This document shows, piece by piece, positions 18,362 through 27,940 of a DNA stretch of 64,000 nt; the stretch's first letter is position 1, and each line of letters starts with the position of its first letter. The translations under genes and the position numbers were made by a program. Source of the DNA: Ignavibacteriota bacterium (lineage in GTDB: Bacteria > Bacteroidota > Ignavibacteria > Palsa-1295); the NCBI GenBank assembly GCA_963787835.1, contig CAWBEI010000002.1:672001-736000 (forward strand), read 5' to 3'. The notes below the pieces were generated by a model. It had not been told where the DNA came from, ran no database searches, and was given only the letters and a program-made list of their open reading frames with translations.

Positions 18362-19069
18362 ATGCAGGAAATCCTTGAAATGGAAATAACTAAGCCACTT
18401 TCTGTCGCTGAAAAACAGCGACGGGATGTCCTACGCGTTAACGAAATATTCTACTCCATTCAAGGGGAGGGTTCGCGAGCCGGCGAACCATGCGTTTTTG
18501 TGCGAATGACCGGCTGCGGTCTTCGCTGCACCTATTGCGACACCGAATATGCATTTTATGAAGGCAAAGACCAACCGATTCGTGACATAATCGAGAAGGT
18601 GGAGTCTTATGACTGTAAACTTGTCGAACTAACAGGTGGGGAGCCATTGGAACAAGAGGGCGTTTATCCGTTAATGGATGAACTGCTTCGAAAAGGCTTC
18701 GAAGTGATGATCGAAACCGGTGGGCATATCGATATTTCGCATGTCGATCGGCGTGTGAAGCGAATCGTGGATCTAAAAACTCCATCCTCAGGCATGATGA
18801 AGCGGAATCGCTATGAGAACGTCGAGCATCTTACAAAACATGACGAGGTAAAATTCGTGATTGGTTCTCGCGAGGATTACGAATGGTCGCGAGCACAGGT
18901 TTGGAAATTCGACCTCCACAACCGTGCAGGATCTGTTCTTTTTTCATCAGTGCATGAGGTGTTGCCATTACAAGATCTTGCCGCATGGATTCTCGAAAAT
19001 CATCTGCCCATTCGATTACAAATGCAATTACATAAGCTGATCTGGCCCGAAGTATTAAGAGGAGTATGA
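18362..19069 (+). CDS. queE: 7-carboxy-7-deazaguanine synthase (radical SAM)
   Basis: EIFYSIQGEG, CGLRCTYCDT, TGGEP, QLHK. Confidence 0.93.
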   Translation: MQEILEMEITKPLSVAEKQRRDVLRVNEIFYSIQGEGSRAGEPCVFVRMTGCGLRCTYCDTEYAFYEGKDQPIRDIIEKVESYDCKLVELTGGEPLEQEGVYPLMDELLRKGFEVMIETGGHIDISHVDRRVKRIVDLKTPSSGMMKRNRYENVEHLTKHDEVKFVIGSREDYEWSRAQVWKFDLHNRAGSVLFSSVHEVLPLQDLAAWILENHLPIRLQMQLHKLIWPEVLRGV

Positions 19070-19479
19070 CATTGAACAAACCAGAACTGATCGTTTTTCC
19101 CAACCCCTATCCTGAAAGAGATTATGAGATCGCCCATGTGAATCCAGAATTTACTTCGGTATGCCCCGTTACCGGACTTCCCGATTTTGGCGAGATCGCG
19201 GTGCGTTTTGTGCCGGATAAATTATGCGTGGAGTTAAAATCACTCAAATATTATTTCATCAGCTTCCGAAATCGAGGAATTTTTTATGAGGCCGTGATCA
19301 ACGAGATCCTGGAAGACCTTGTAACAGCGATGGAACCGCGATGGATAGAAGTTACCGGAAAATTCTCGACGCGCGGAGGGCTGCATTCTAACGTGGTGGC
19401 AAAATTTACTAAATCAGAAGATGCATTGGTGCACTCCGAACGAATCTTTGTGAAGAATTTTGAAAAGGTGGTTCAATAA
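19066..19479 (+). CDS. queF: preQ0 reductase (type I)
   Basis: EFTSVCPVTGLPDF, VELKSLKYY, RGG. Confidence 0.93.
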   Translation: MTLNKPELIVFPNPYPERDYEIAHVNPEFTSVCPVTGLPDFGEIAVRFVPDKLCVELKSLKYYFISFRNRGIFYEAVINEILEDLVTAMEPRWIEVTGKFSTRGGLHSNVVAKFTKSEDALVHSERIFVKNFEKVVQ

Positions 19480-19482
19480 GCC

Positions 19483-19923
19483 ATGCTGACCCAAATCGCA
19501 AAGGATTTCCGATGGGAAATGGCACACCGGTTGCCGGATCATTCCGGTGGATGCCGCAACGTGCATGGGCATTCCTATCGCATGTGGGTCGAGCTTGCCG
19601 GAGAGCCGGATGAAATGGGGATGGTCCTCGATTATTTCGATCTTAAAAAGATGGTCGATCCACTTATTGCAGAGATCGATCATGCCTTCCTGTGTGACCG
19701 CTCGGATACGCTTATCGTCGATTTCCTCGAATCCTCTGGCCTCAAAGCCGTATATGTAACTTTCCCCACCACGGCAGAAAACCTCGCTAAATGGTTCTTC
19801 GAGCGACTAAAACCCCTATTTCATGCACAGAATGATGTCTCTGCTATGAAACATTTGCACGAGCTCCGCGTGCGTATTCAGGAGACGGAACGCACCTACG
19901 CAGAAGTCAGTGGGCTTTTATAG
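19483..19923 (+). CDS. queD: 6-carboxytetrahydropterin synthase
   Basis: AHRL, CRNVHGHSY, GMVLDY, TAENLA, ETE. Confidence 0.92.
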   Translation: MLTQIAKDFRWEMAHRLPDHSGGCRNVHGHSYRMWVELAGEPDEMGMVLDYFDLKKMVDPLIAEIDHAFLCDRSDTLIVDFLESSGLKAVYVTFPTTAENLAKWFFERLKPLFHAQNDVSAMKHLHELRVRIQETERTYAEVSGLL

Positions 19924-19955
19924 TGGCGCATGGCTCTGCGCACACTTGATATTGA

Positions 19956-20636
19956 ATGAAATCCATCGTTTTACTCTCCGGCGGAATGGACTCAACGCTC
20001 TCGGCCACGATCGCGCGGCGTGACTCAGAATACGTTGCCGCGCTTCACCTCAACTATCGCCATCGAACGGAACGTCGCGAGCTAAAAGCATTTGAAGATG
20101 TTTGCTATGCACTGCAAATTTCCGAACGTCTCATCGTTGATATTGAATTTTTGCGAACCATCGGCGGATCGAGCCTGACAGATTCCTCCATCGAAGTGAC
20201 CAAAGCGGATCTCGATGCCACAGGGATCCCAAGTTCTTATGTACCGTTTAGGAACGGAAATTTTCTTTCAGTAGCGGCAAGCTGGGCGGAAGTGATCGGC
20301 GCGAATGCCATTTATATCGGCGCGGTCGAGGAGGATTCTTCTGGCTACCCGGATTGCCGACGCGTTTTTTTCGATGCTTTTGAACGCACCGTTGAGCTAG
20401 GCACGAAACCGGGAAGCAATATTCGAATTATTACGCCCGTTATTCATCTTCACAAACGTGAGATCGTGCGAGAATCGGTTCGACTCGATGCTCCCATCGG
20501 AGCAACGTGGTCCTGCTATCAATCGGAGGATGTGGCCTGTGGCGTCTGCGATAGCTGCGCGCTGCGCCTCCGAGGATTTGCAGAAGCTGGAATTGAAGAC
20601 CCCATCCCGTATAAGGTGAGGCCTCGATACACATGA
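19956..20636 (+). CDS. queC: 7-cyano-7-deazaguanine synthase
   Basis: SGGMDS, YVPFRN, YPDCR, TWSCY...CGVCDSC. Confidence 0.95.
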   Translation: MKSIVLLSGGMDSTLSATIARRDSEYVAALHLNYRHRTERRELKAFEDVCYALQISERLIVDIEFLRTIGGSSLTDSSIEVTKADLDATGIPSSYVPFRNGNFLSVAASWAEVIGANAIYIGAVEEDSSGYPDCRRVFFDAFERTVELGTKPGSNIRIITPVIHLHKREIVRESVRLDAPIGATWSCYQSEDVACGVCDSCALRLRGFAEAGIEDPIPYKVRPRYT

Positions 20637-23332
20637 TCCTCCGATTCTCGTGCGTACTGTTCGTTCTCTCCATTGTATTCGGAGCTTCTATGCTTCGCGC
20701 CCAAATTGCAGCGCCACCTGTTGATTCGACCGCGCCAAAACTTAAGCAAATTCGCCCCGGCATCCAATTTCCCGATTCGTTGTATGTGGCACGCGATACG
20801 GTAAAGGGAGATATCGATACCATCGTTCGTTACACCGCTAAAGACTCCACCGTTTTCGATGTTCCAAACAAACGAATGATCCTCGTGAACGATGGGATCG
20901 TGGAATTCGAGAACCGGGAACTCGATGCCTATACCATTGTCATGGATTTCCAACATAATTTGATGACCTCGTATAGTTATGATGTCGATTCGGTCGTGGC
21001 AGCAACACTTGCACTCAGGCGACATATCCTGCGCGATACCAATCGCGCAAAAACCCGCGGCGCACCTAAACTGACAGAAGGCGCGACCGTCTATGACGGC
21101 GAAGTGATCGTCTATAATTTCAAGACGAAGCACGGAACGGTCCAACTTGGTACCACGGAGATGGATAAGGGCTTTTATTATGGTGAAAAGATCAAGCAGG
21201 TTGCGCCGAAAACCCTTTTTGTTGAGAATGGACGCTATACCACTTGCGACGCTGAAGTTCCACATTATTATTTCGAATCGCCGAAAATGAAGGTCATTAT
21301 GGGCGACCAGATCTTTGCAGCACCAGTCTATCTATACGTGGCGGATGTGCCGATCTTCGTGTTGCCGTTTGGAGTGTTTCCCAACCACGAAAGTGGCAGG
21401 CATTCCGGAATTATTATGCCCAGTTATACCACCCAGGGTGATCGTGGCTATGGCTTGACTCATGCTGGATATTATTGGGTGTTCAACGATTATGCAGATG
21501 CCCGCGCACAAACGGATATATACACCGTTGGCGGATACAATGTTGATTTCATGGCGGAGTATATGAAGAAGTATCTTCTGAATGGCCCCGCATCCATCGA
21601 ATATGGCTTTGGACAAACCAGATACTCCAGCGCCGATCCTTTTGTACCCAATTGGCTGATCCGAGGTGACCTGCCAAATCTCATACTCGGGTATGAAACA
21701 TCGCTCTCGGCAAATCTAAGCTTCCAAAGTAGCGGATATTTTCAGGCCAATGCCACGAATATCCAGCAGTTCTATACTCAGCAAGTTACTTCAAGCGCTA
21801 ATTTCAGCACTGGCTGGCAGGATCTTGGGCTTAGTCTTGGCATTGATTACCAGCGAAGTCAAAATTTGCTCGATGGAACCTATCAGGAAAGCAGCCCCCA
21901 GATCAATCTTTCGAAAACAGCATGGTTCCCATTTCAATCTACCGATGGAACACAGCCGAGCGCTCTGATGACCGCACTCGGTATTCCGACATTGAATATC
22001 GGCTATTCGTTCAGCGCAAGCCACAATGTCAACAAGGCTACGAACACGCCGAACGCGATGACCGATTCTACGGTGTACACCAACACCGAAAGTTACAGCA
22101 TGCTACACAGCCCCTCCATCAGCATTTCACCAAAACTCGGGTACTTCACGTTCACGCCGAGCTTCGGGTATCAGGAGGCGTGGCTGGTACATGAGCACCT
22201 GCTGAGTAATTTTCGAAGATCCTACATAAGAGACTCTACCGGCAAGATCATCGACACAATCACTGTTGCCGATACGACATCGAGCAACCATTTTAGCCGT
22301 TTATATAATTACAATGCCGGCGTCCACATCTCGACAACAGTATATGGTATTGCAAATATTGGAATATTTGGTATCGAGGCCATTCGTCACACCATTCAAC
22401 CATCGATCGGCTTTACCTATCAACCAGATCTATCCTATCAAAATTATCGCCCAATCACGAATCCGGTTTCCGGGCAACCCACTGCGTACAATATTTTCAA
22501 TGGCGAACCAAATGGCGACTTGGTTGGCCAGGGTAGATCGGAGACGATGTCGATCGACCTTGCCAATAATTTCGAAGCAAAAGTCGATCGTCAGGTCAAT
22601 AAGGATTCCACTACGGTCGATCACGTGAAGCTTTTTAATCTCGATGCATCGACGGGCTACAATCTCGCAACAAAGTTACTTGGCGATCTAAACCTTAGTG
22701 CAAGTTCCTCGATCGGAACACTCTTTAGCCTGAGCGGAAATGCAGCATTTTCGTTCTATCCGGCAAACTATCAGGGTGGCGATTCCACCCAGTACTCTCT
22801 TTCGAGCCTTCATGAGGGACTTGTCCGCGCTCAATCGGTATCGGCTGGACTGAGCGGAAGCTTTTCAGCGGCGAAAACTACAGAAGGCGGAAATTACGAT
22901 TCCCTTCGCCACCTATTTAATATTACTTCAGCGCAGGACGAACGGGAAATGTTCTTCGGTGGGAATTATCCAGGAGCGTATTTCGATGTCCCTTTTCGTC
23001 CACAATGGAATATCAGCTACCAACTAAACTACACCCAAAGCTTTGCAGCCAACGGAGGAACCGAACGGGATTTTGGCGCGAATGTCAGTCTCAATCTACC
23101 GCTTACAGTCCATTGGCTGTTTAGCACCACGGCAGGGTATGATCTATTGAGCAGGAAGATCATCATCCCACAATTGACCGTACATCGTGACCTGCATTGC
23201 TGGGAAATGAATTTCACGTATCGCCCACCCGGCTCCCAAATTTCCGGATTCAATCTGGAGATCAAGATCGTCGCGCCACAGTTGCAGGACGTTAAACTTA
23301 CTCGGACTGAAAATAGCTACGGGGAATTCTAA
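20633..23332 (+). CDS. lptD: LPS assembly protein LptD (FCB type)
   Basis: Signal peptide, YTAKDS, GRYTTCD..PHY, C-terminal RDLHCWEMNF. Confidence 0.85.
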   Translation: MILRFSCVLFVLSIVFGASMLRAQIAAPPVDSTAPKLKQIRPGIQFPDSLYVARDTVKGDIDTIVRYTAKDSTVFDVPNKRMILVNDGIVEFENRELDAYTIVMDFQHNLMTSYSYDVDSVVAATLALRRHILRDTNRAKTRGAPKLTEGATVYDGEVIVYNFKTKHGTVQLGTTEMDKGFYYGEKIKQVAPKTLFVENGRYTTCDAEVPHYYFESPKMKVIMGDQIFAAPVYLYVADVPIFVLPFGVFPNHESGRHSGIIMPSYTTQGDRGYGLTHAGYYWVFNDYADARAQTDIYTVGGYNVDFMAEYMKKYLLNGPASIEYGFGQTRYSSADPFVPNWLIRGDLPNLILGYETSLSANLSFQSSGYFQANATNIQQFYTQQVTSSANFSTGWQDLGLSLGIDYQRSQNLLDGTYQESSPQINLSKTAWFPFQSTDGTQPSALMTALGIPTLNIGYSFSASHNVNKATNTPNAMTDSTVYTNTESYSMLHSPSISISPKLGYFTFTPSFGYQEAWLVHEHLLSNFRRSYIRDSTGKIIDTITVADTTSSNHFSRLYNYNAGVHISTTVYGIANIGIFGIEAIRHTIQPSIGFTYQPDLSYQNYRPITNPVSGQPTAYNIFNGEPNGDLVGQGRSETMSIDLANNFEAKVDRQVNKDSTTVDHVKLFNLDASTGYNLATKLLGDLNLSASSSIGTLFSLSGNAAFSFYPANYQGGDSTQYSLSSLHEGLVRAQSVSAGLSGSFSAAKTTEGGNYDSLRHLFNITSAQDEREMFFGGNYPGAYFDVPFRPQWNISYQLNYTQSFAANGGTERDFGANVSLNLPLTVHWLFSTTAGYDLLSRKIIIPQLTVHRDLHCWEMNFTYRPPGSQISGFNLEIKIVAPQLQDVKLTRTENSYGEF

Positions 23333-23366
23333 CCATGATTTATAGGATTTTGCTTATTTCTCGTTC

Positions 23367-24401
23367 TTGAATCCTATGCTGCAGGAAAGCGATACTACTC
23401 ATCCATTGCATGCTCGCACCGCGTCAGCTTTAGCTTCGCTGGGCGTTACCGGTGATGCAAAAGTGTTATTGGCTGTCAGTGGCGGCCCCGATTCGTTGTC
23501 GCTCCTGCATGCCGTGCAATCACTGCGTGATGCAGGGATGTATGAGAGTATTTCGGTCGCGCATGTCAATCATAAACTTCGGGAGCCCGACTCAGACATG
23601 GAAGAAGCGATTGTTCGGAAGTATTGTGAAGTGTGGAATGTCCAGATCTATGTATCGAGCGTACGAACAGCAGATGTCGCTCAAATCGAAAAAACTGGCA
23701 TCGAAGAAACAGCGCGGAGACTGCGTTATAAATTTTTCGAGACATTAGCAGAGACGCATGGTTTCGACTTCGTGCTGACTGCACATACCGCGAACGATCA
23801 AGCTGAGACGGTTATTCTCAACATGATTCGCGGGTCAGGCGTACGAGGTCTGGCCGGCATTCCTTCAAAACGAAAACTAGGGAACTCACACATTATTCGC
23901 CCTTGGTTAGATGTTACTAGATCGGAAATAACGGAATATCTCCATGAGCTTGATATTATTGCTGCGCATGACTCATCCAATGATGAGCTGACATACCAGC
24001 GAAATCGTGTGCGGCATGAAGTAATGCCGGTGCTTGCAGCGGTCTGGCCTGACCGCTCCACCATCAAAACACTCTCCTCGCTCGCTGAGAGGATGCGGGA
24101 ACTCTCGCATTTCCTCGATAAGCAAGCTTTCGAAGCACTAAGAAAACTGGAAATGGATGGAGGACTTTCCATGGATGGTCTTAAAACTTTACATCCTTTT
24201 CTACTCCACATTACGTTCGAGATCTGGATTCATCAAGAATTCGGGCATTATGGTCTTACCTCTGAAGAATCTTCCCGGATGCAACATTGGCTTTCGACCG
24301 CCTCTCCAAGAATGGAGCTTCGCAAAGGACTAAGCCTTCGCAAAGATAGGAATATACTGCGCTTAGAGAGCAACGGTCGTCAGTTGGTCTATCATGAATA
24401 A
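23367..24401 (+). CDS. tilS: tRNA(Ile)-lysidine synthetase (short form)
   Basis: AVSGGPDS, HVNHKLR, ARRLRY, TAHTANDQAET, RNRVR. Confidence 0.92.
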   Translation: MNPMLQESDTTHPLHARTASALASLGVTGDAKVLLAVSGGPDSLSLLHAVQSLRDAGMYESISVAHVNHKLREPDSDMEEAIVRKYCEVWNVQIYVSSVRTADVAQIEKTGIEETARRLRYKFFETLAETHGFDFVLTAHTANDQAETVILNMIRGSGVRGLAGIPSKRKLGNSHIIRPWLDVTRSEITEYLHELDIIAAHDSSNDELTYQRNRVRHEVMPVLAAVWPDRSTIKTLSSLAERMRELSHFLDKQAFEALRKLEMDGGLSMDGLKTLHPFLLHITFEIWIHQEFGHYGLTSEESSRMQHWLSTASPRMELRKGLSLRKDRNILRLESNGRQLVYHE

Positions 24402-24420
24402 AAAGTTTTTCATTTAGTCT

Positions 24421-25761
24421 ATGCACTCTCGTTCATTCGTCGCTAGTATTCTTTTCACGTTATCGCTGACAGGCACCGTACTCGCGCAATCCGGAACCGT
24501 ACTGGATACTCGCCGCGACCTCACAAAACGCGACGAACGCTTTAGCTTGCAGTCCGCCAATGGAAGCGCGGCCATCACGATCAAGAATGTGGATATTACC
24601 CACTTCCCGGACATGAGTATCATCTTCTCTGCCGTTGACCGCCGGAATAATTTCATCCGAACGCTGCAGAAAGAAGACCTCGTCGTCCTCGAAAATGGGA
24701 TCGAGCGGCCGATCCTTTCGCTCGACCTCGTCAGCGGCGAAAACCGGGTTCCCATCGACATCGTCTTTGTGATCGATCAAACCGCTTCCATGGGCGATAT
24801 GATCGGAACCGTCAAGGAGAATGTCACGCAATTTGCCGAAGAGCTTTCCCAGCATGGATTCGATTACCGCCTGGGCTTAGTCCGCTTCAGCGATATTGTG
24901 GAATGGAAAAGCCCCACACTTACCGATGACATTTCAGAATTTGAAAAATGGGTGGCGGATATTCAAACCGTCGGCGGTGGCGACCCCAAAGAAAATGCCC
25001 TCGAAGGACTGCATGCCATGAACGACATGCCATTCCGGCCCATCGCGATTCGTCTGGCTGTGCTCATCACGGATGCACAATGCCACCAGCAAGGCGAACA
25101 AGGCGATGGCACCACTGACTTTACTATGAAAAGCATGGGCGACTGGCTTTATCAGCGTGATGTCCGATTGCTCACCGTTACGCCGCCTGAATACCCCGAA
25201 TACCATGCCATGGCATTTGCAACCGATGGCGCGAGCTTCGATCTTGGCAAGAGTTTTGCTAACTCCGTCGAAGATCTCGCAAATAGCGTCACCAGTCTGT
25301 ACTCGCTGAAATATCTTTCGCAATCGACCCTCGTGCCAGATTCCGTTCACTTAGATCTCTTGCGTGCTGAGGATCATTCCGTGCTCGCAAGCAGAAAACT
25401 GCTTGGCATCGAACCAGGAAGACGTTTCGTCTTCGAGGATCTCCAGTTTGCTCCAAATCAAACTCAGCTCCTGAACGAGTTCATCCCCGAACTTGAGCGC
25501 GTCGTTCGCTTGATGCACGTTCGCCCCTCCATGCGAATTCGGATCGAAGGACATGCCGATTCCACCGGTCTTCCCGAAGTGAACATGAAGCTCTCCGAAG
25601 AACGGGCTGTCGCCGTGAAGCGCTATCTGATGCAATCCGGTATTGCTCCAGATCGCATCGAAACCAAAGGCATGGGCTCCACTCATCCCGTCGCTACAAA
25701 TGCGACGGAAGCCGGACGCCGCCTTAACCGCCGCACTGAGTTCGTGATACTCACGAAATAA
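24421..25761 (+). CDS. Exported vWA-domain plus OmpA C-terminal peptidoglycan-binding protein
   Basis: Signal peptide; DIVFVIDQTASM MIDAS-like motif, LITDA; IEGHADSTG..LSEERA..NRRTEF. Confidence 0.85.
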   Translation: MHSRSFVASILFTLSLTGTVLAQSGTVLDTRRDLTKRDERFSLQSANGSAAITIKNVDITHFPDMSIIFSAVDRRNNFIRTLQKEDLVVLENGIERPILSLDLVSGENRVPIDIVFVIDQTASMGDMIGTVKENVTQFAEELSQHGFDYRLGLVRFSDIVEWKSPTLTDDISEFEKWVADIQTVGGGDPKENALEGLHAMNDMPFRPIAIRLAVLITDAQCHQQGEQGDGTTDFTMKSMGDWLYQRDVRLLTVTPPEYPEYHAMAFATDGASFDLGKSFANSVEDLANSVTSLYSLKYLSQSTLVPDSVHLDLLRAEDHSVLASRKLLGIEPGRRFVFEDLQFAPNQTQLLNEFIPELERVVRLMHVRPSMRIRIEGHADSTGLPEVNMKLSEERAVAVKRYLMQSGIAPDRIETKGMGSTHPVATNATEAGRRLNRRTEFVILTK

Positions 25762-26451
25762 GTGATCGCTCGCCAAAATACATTCCTCACTCCCGAACTG
25801 GTGCTCGATGCGTACCGCCAAGGACTGTTCCCAATGGCCGATGCGCGTGGCGCAATCAGTTTCTATGCCTACGACCCACGAGGCATTATTCCACTCGATG
25901 ATCGATTCACCGTTCGTCGTTCCCTGCGTCATGTTTTAGAAAAAAAGAATTTTCGCGTTACATTCGATACCGCTCCGCTCGAAATCCTGCGTGGCTGTGC
26001 CCGCTTCGAAGAGAACATTCCCCCTGAGGAACGATGGCTCACCGAAGAACTCATCGAGCTGTATCTAAAGCTCTTTGAACTAGGTTACATGCACACCGTC
26101 GAAGTTTGGGGCATAATGGATAGTGGAAAGTGGATAGAGGATAACAAAGAGTTACCATCCGAACACCAGCCACCCACCGTCAACTATCCACTATCAACTA
26201 CCCTGATCGGTGGACTCTATGGCCTCACCTTCGGCGCGGCATTTTGTGGCGAGTCGATGTTCTCCCGCGCCCCTTACGCCTCACAGATAGCTCTGGTGTA
26301 CCTCGTCGAGCGGCTGCGCAGAAAAGGCTTCCAACTGCTCGACGCCCAAATGCCAAGCGAGCATCTCCAGCAATTCGGACTCTACGAATGCTCGCAGGAG
26401 CAGTATCTTCCGTTATTCCAAACCGCCGCAAAAATGGATGTAAAGTGGTGA
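25762..26451 (+). CDS. aat: Leucyl/phenylalanyl-tRNA--protein transferase
   Basis: AYRQGLFPM, HTVEVW, GGLYG, FCGESMFS, LLDAQ; about 29-aa repeat-derived insertion. Confidence 0.92.
   Translation: MIARQNTFLTPELVLDAYRQGLFPMADARGAISFYAYDPRGIIPLDDRFTVRRSLRHVLEKKNFRVTFDTAPLEILRGCARFEENIPPEERWLTEELIELYLKLFELGYMHTVEVWGIMDSGKWIEDNKELPSEHQPPTVNYPLSTTLIGGLYGLTFGAAFCGESMFSRAPYASQIALVYLVERLRRKGFQLLDAQMPSEHLQQFGLYECSQEQYLPLFQTAAKMDVKW
26116..26202. repeat. Inverted heptamer arrays inside aat
   Basis: ATGGATA GTGGAAA GTGGATA GAGGATA ... AACTATC CACTATC AACTACC. Confidence 0.72.
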
Positions 26452-26474
26452 GCAATCACTCTATTTCCTATCCC

Positions 26475-26794
26475 AATTTATTGTCTACAAGAAATAGGTG
26501 CCATTTCTTTTTCTTGCTGAGTTCCCGACTACCCTCGAATTTAGGCCAAATTCGCCATTTGAGGCAAAAGTTATTCACAATTCACTTTCGCGAAGAACTC
26601 GTTCATAACGAAAGCTGCCTTCCCCTCTATTTTCAATGAACTCCCCATTCTTCCCTGATCCCGAAAATCTGTAAATCGAGGTCCATCTTTCATACTTCAT
26701 CTTTCATCTTTTCCCCCGAGGGTGCCCATCACAGTAGATACTAATATACGCACATTATATCCAGAAGTCAAGTGTTTTCCGAAAATAATCGAAA
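26475..26794 (-). other. Conserved non-coding element B (homologue of element A)
   Basis: Begins immediately after the vapC stop; shares the 76-nt head and three blocks with 6562-6829; contains a TTCAT(C/A)(T/C) heptamer run near 26683-26709. Confidence 0.6.
26743..26771 (-). promoter_or_regulatory. Sigma70-type promoter at the head of element B
   Basis: TTGACT-17 nt-TATATT on the minus strand. Confidence 0.65.
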
Positions 26795-26795
26795 T

Positions 26796-27206
26796 TTATC
26801 GATTTGGAGGAAGCCATTCAACCTTGACGCCACGATGTTCCACATTCTCGAACTCTCGATCTCCGGTGAGGATTGGAGTGTCGCGTTCCAGTGCGAGCGC
26901 GGCAGCAAAACAATCGGCATACGACAGGCCGCCATCTGCTTTTAATCGAGCAGCAGAGATCATAACATCGAAACCCGGCATGATAACTTCTATAGGAAGG
27001 GAGCGGATGGTCGCCCGTATTTCCTCGGCTGCACGCTCACCTTTCCTCCGTAGAACAGTGTAATACACTTCGCCAAAATTAATCCCTGAAAGTAAGTGGA
27101 AGTAACCGCCATTGGCGGCGTTATCGAGATGGTTGAGGACGATCCCCGAACCCGTTTGATTCAGGAAAAGAGTGAGGAGAGAAAAACTATCGAGGATGAA
27201 GATCAT
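26796..27206 (-). CDS. vapC: VapC PIN-domain toxin
   Basis: MIFILDS, INFGEVYY, LSYADCFAAALA, ILTGDREF; start reassigned to ATG 27206. Confidence 0.9.
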   Translation of the reverse strand: MIFILDSFSLLTLFLNQTGSGIVLNHLDNAANGGYFHLLSGINFGEVYYTVLRRKGERAAEEIRATIRSLPIEVIMPGFDVMISAARLKADGGLSYADCFAAALALERDTPILTGDREFENVEHRGVKVEWLPPNR

Positions 27207-27474
27207 GGTCCTCCCGGTTTCGTTCGACCTTTTTTTCTTCGAGATAGGAGTCGAACATGGACTTGTCAGTGCCAAGGAGTCCAACGGACTTCTGTATGGC
27301 TTCTTTCATCCGGTCGAGTTCTGGTGATAGTGCTGGCATTTTTATGATAATTTCAGATTCCCGATCCTCGATCATTACCTTAGAACCAGTGTGAAGCCCA
27401 TGCCGCGATCTCACGGGGTCCGGAAGATCGAGATGACCTTGGGAATCGATGATTGATTCATAAGCTCTGTCCAT
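27187..27474 (-). CDS. vapB: AbrB/MazE-fold antitoxin
   Basis: SIIDSQGHLDLPDPVRSRHGLHTGSKV; upstream of and overlapping vapC. Confidence 0.75.
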   Translation of the reverse strand: MDRAYESIIDSQGHLDLPDPVRSRHGLHTGSKVMIEDRESEIIIKMPALSPELDRMKEAIQKSVGLLGTDKSMFDSYLEEKKVERNREDHDLHPR

Positions 27475-27519
27475 AGTTAAGTCCAACCACCGCTGTGGGG
27501 CAGTAGTTCATTCATATTT

Positions 27520-27561
27520 CCCACTTCTTACTTCTTACCTCTTACCTCTTACTTCTTACCT
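27520..27561. repeat. Heptamer tandem array CTTAC(T/C)T x6
   Basis: CCCACTT CTTACTT CTTACCT CTTACCT CTTACTT CTTACCT. Confidence 0.9.
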
Positions 27562-27574
27562 CGGCGAAGCCGGA

Positions 27575-27612
27575 AACCACCTCCGATACCGTAATAAGCT
27601 TCATGACTTCTT
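27575..27612. repeat. Direct repeat copy 1 (duplicate of the GT9 gene 3' end)
   Basis: AACCACCTCCGATACCGTAATAAGCTTCATG identical to 28310-28340, then ACTTCTT after a 1-nt indel. Confidence 0.95.
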
Positions 27613-27628
27613 GGAGCGATTCCTTTCA

Positions 27629-27654
27629 ATTTGTTGTAATATGTTACAACAAAT
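27629..27654. promoter_or_regulatory. Palindromic operator at the higB start
   Basis: ATTTGTTGTAA-TATG-TTACAACAAAT, perfect 11-bp arms overlapping the ATG. Confidence 0.7.
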
Positions 27655-27940
27655 GCATATCATCACTCGGAAGCGCCTTAACGAGTTTGTCGAGAGACAT
27701 CCGGATGCCTTCACGGGTTTCGATGAATGGTACCGCAAGGCCAAGCGAGCAAAATGGCAAAATTTTGCCGAGCTTAAGGCGACGTTCGGCTCCGCAGATC
27801 TGGTCGGAAGATATATTGTCTTTAATATCGGCGGCAATAAATTTCGACTCATTGCAAGCCTCCGATACCAACGGCAGAAAGTATATATCAGAGCATGCTT
27901 AACGCATAAGGAATACGATGAAAACAAATGGAAAGACTAA
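27653..27940 (+). CDS. higB: HigB-family toxin (RelE fold)
   Basis: MHIITRKRL...W...FGSADLVG..VFNIGGNKFRLI...LTHKEYD. Confidence 0.92.
   Translation: MHIITRKRLNEFVERHPDAFTGFDEWYRKAKRAKWQNFAELKATFGSADLVGRYIVFNIGGNKFRLIASLRYQRQKVYIRACLTHKEYDENKWKD

Noticed and set aside
8783-19923. Functional link between the PTPS-related membrane proteins and queD
   Set aside because: The membrane proteins show no T-fold catalytic motifs; the family name is not evidence and the genes are in separate units.
18362-20636. Possible 7-deazaguanine DNA-modification (dpd) defence island
   Set aside because: No dpdA/tgt paralogue or other dpd genes; queF and the housekeeping context indicate tRNA queuosine synthesis.
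26571-26579. DnaA-box-like TTATTCACA
   Set aside because: Single box, with no cluster or origin-associated genes.
27207-27284. N-terminal extension of VapC in the ORF track
   Set aside because: Overlaps vapB; the PIN motif begins at MIFILDS (27206).
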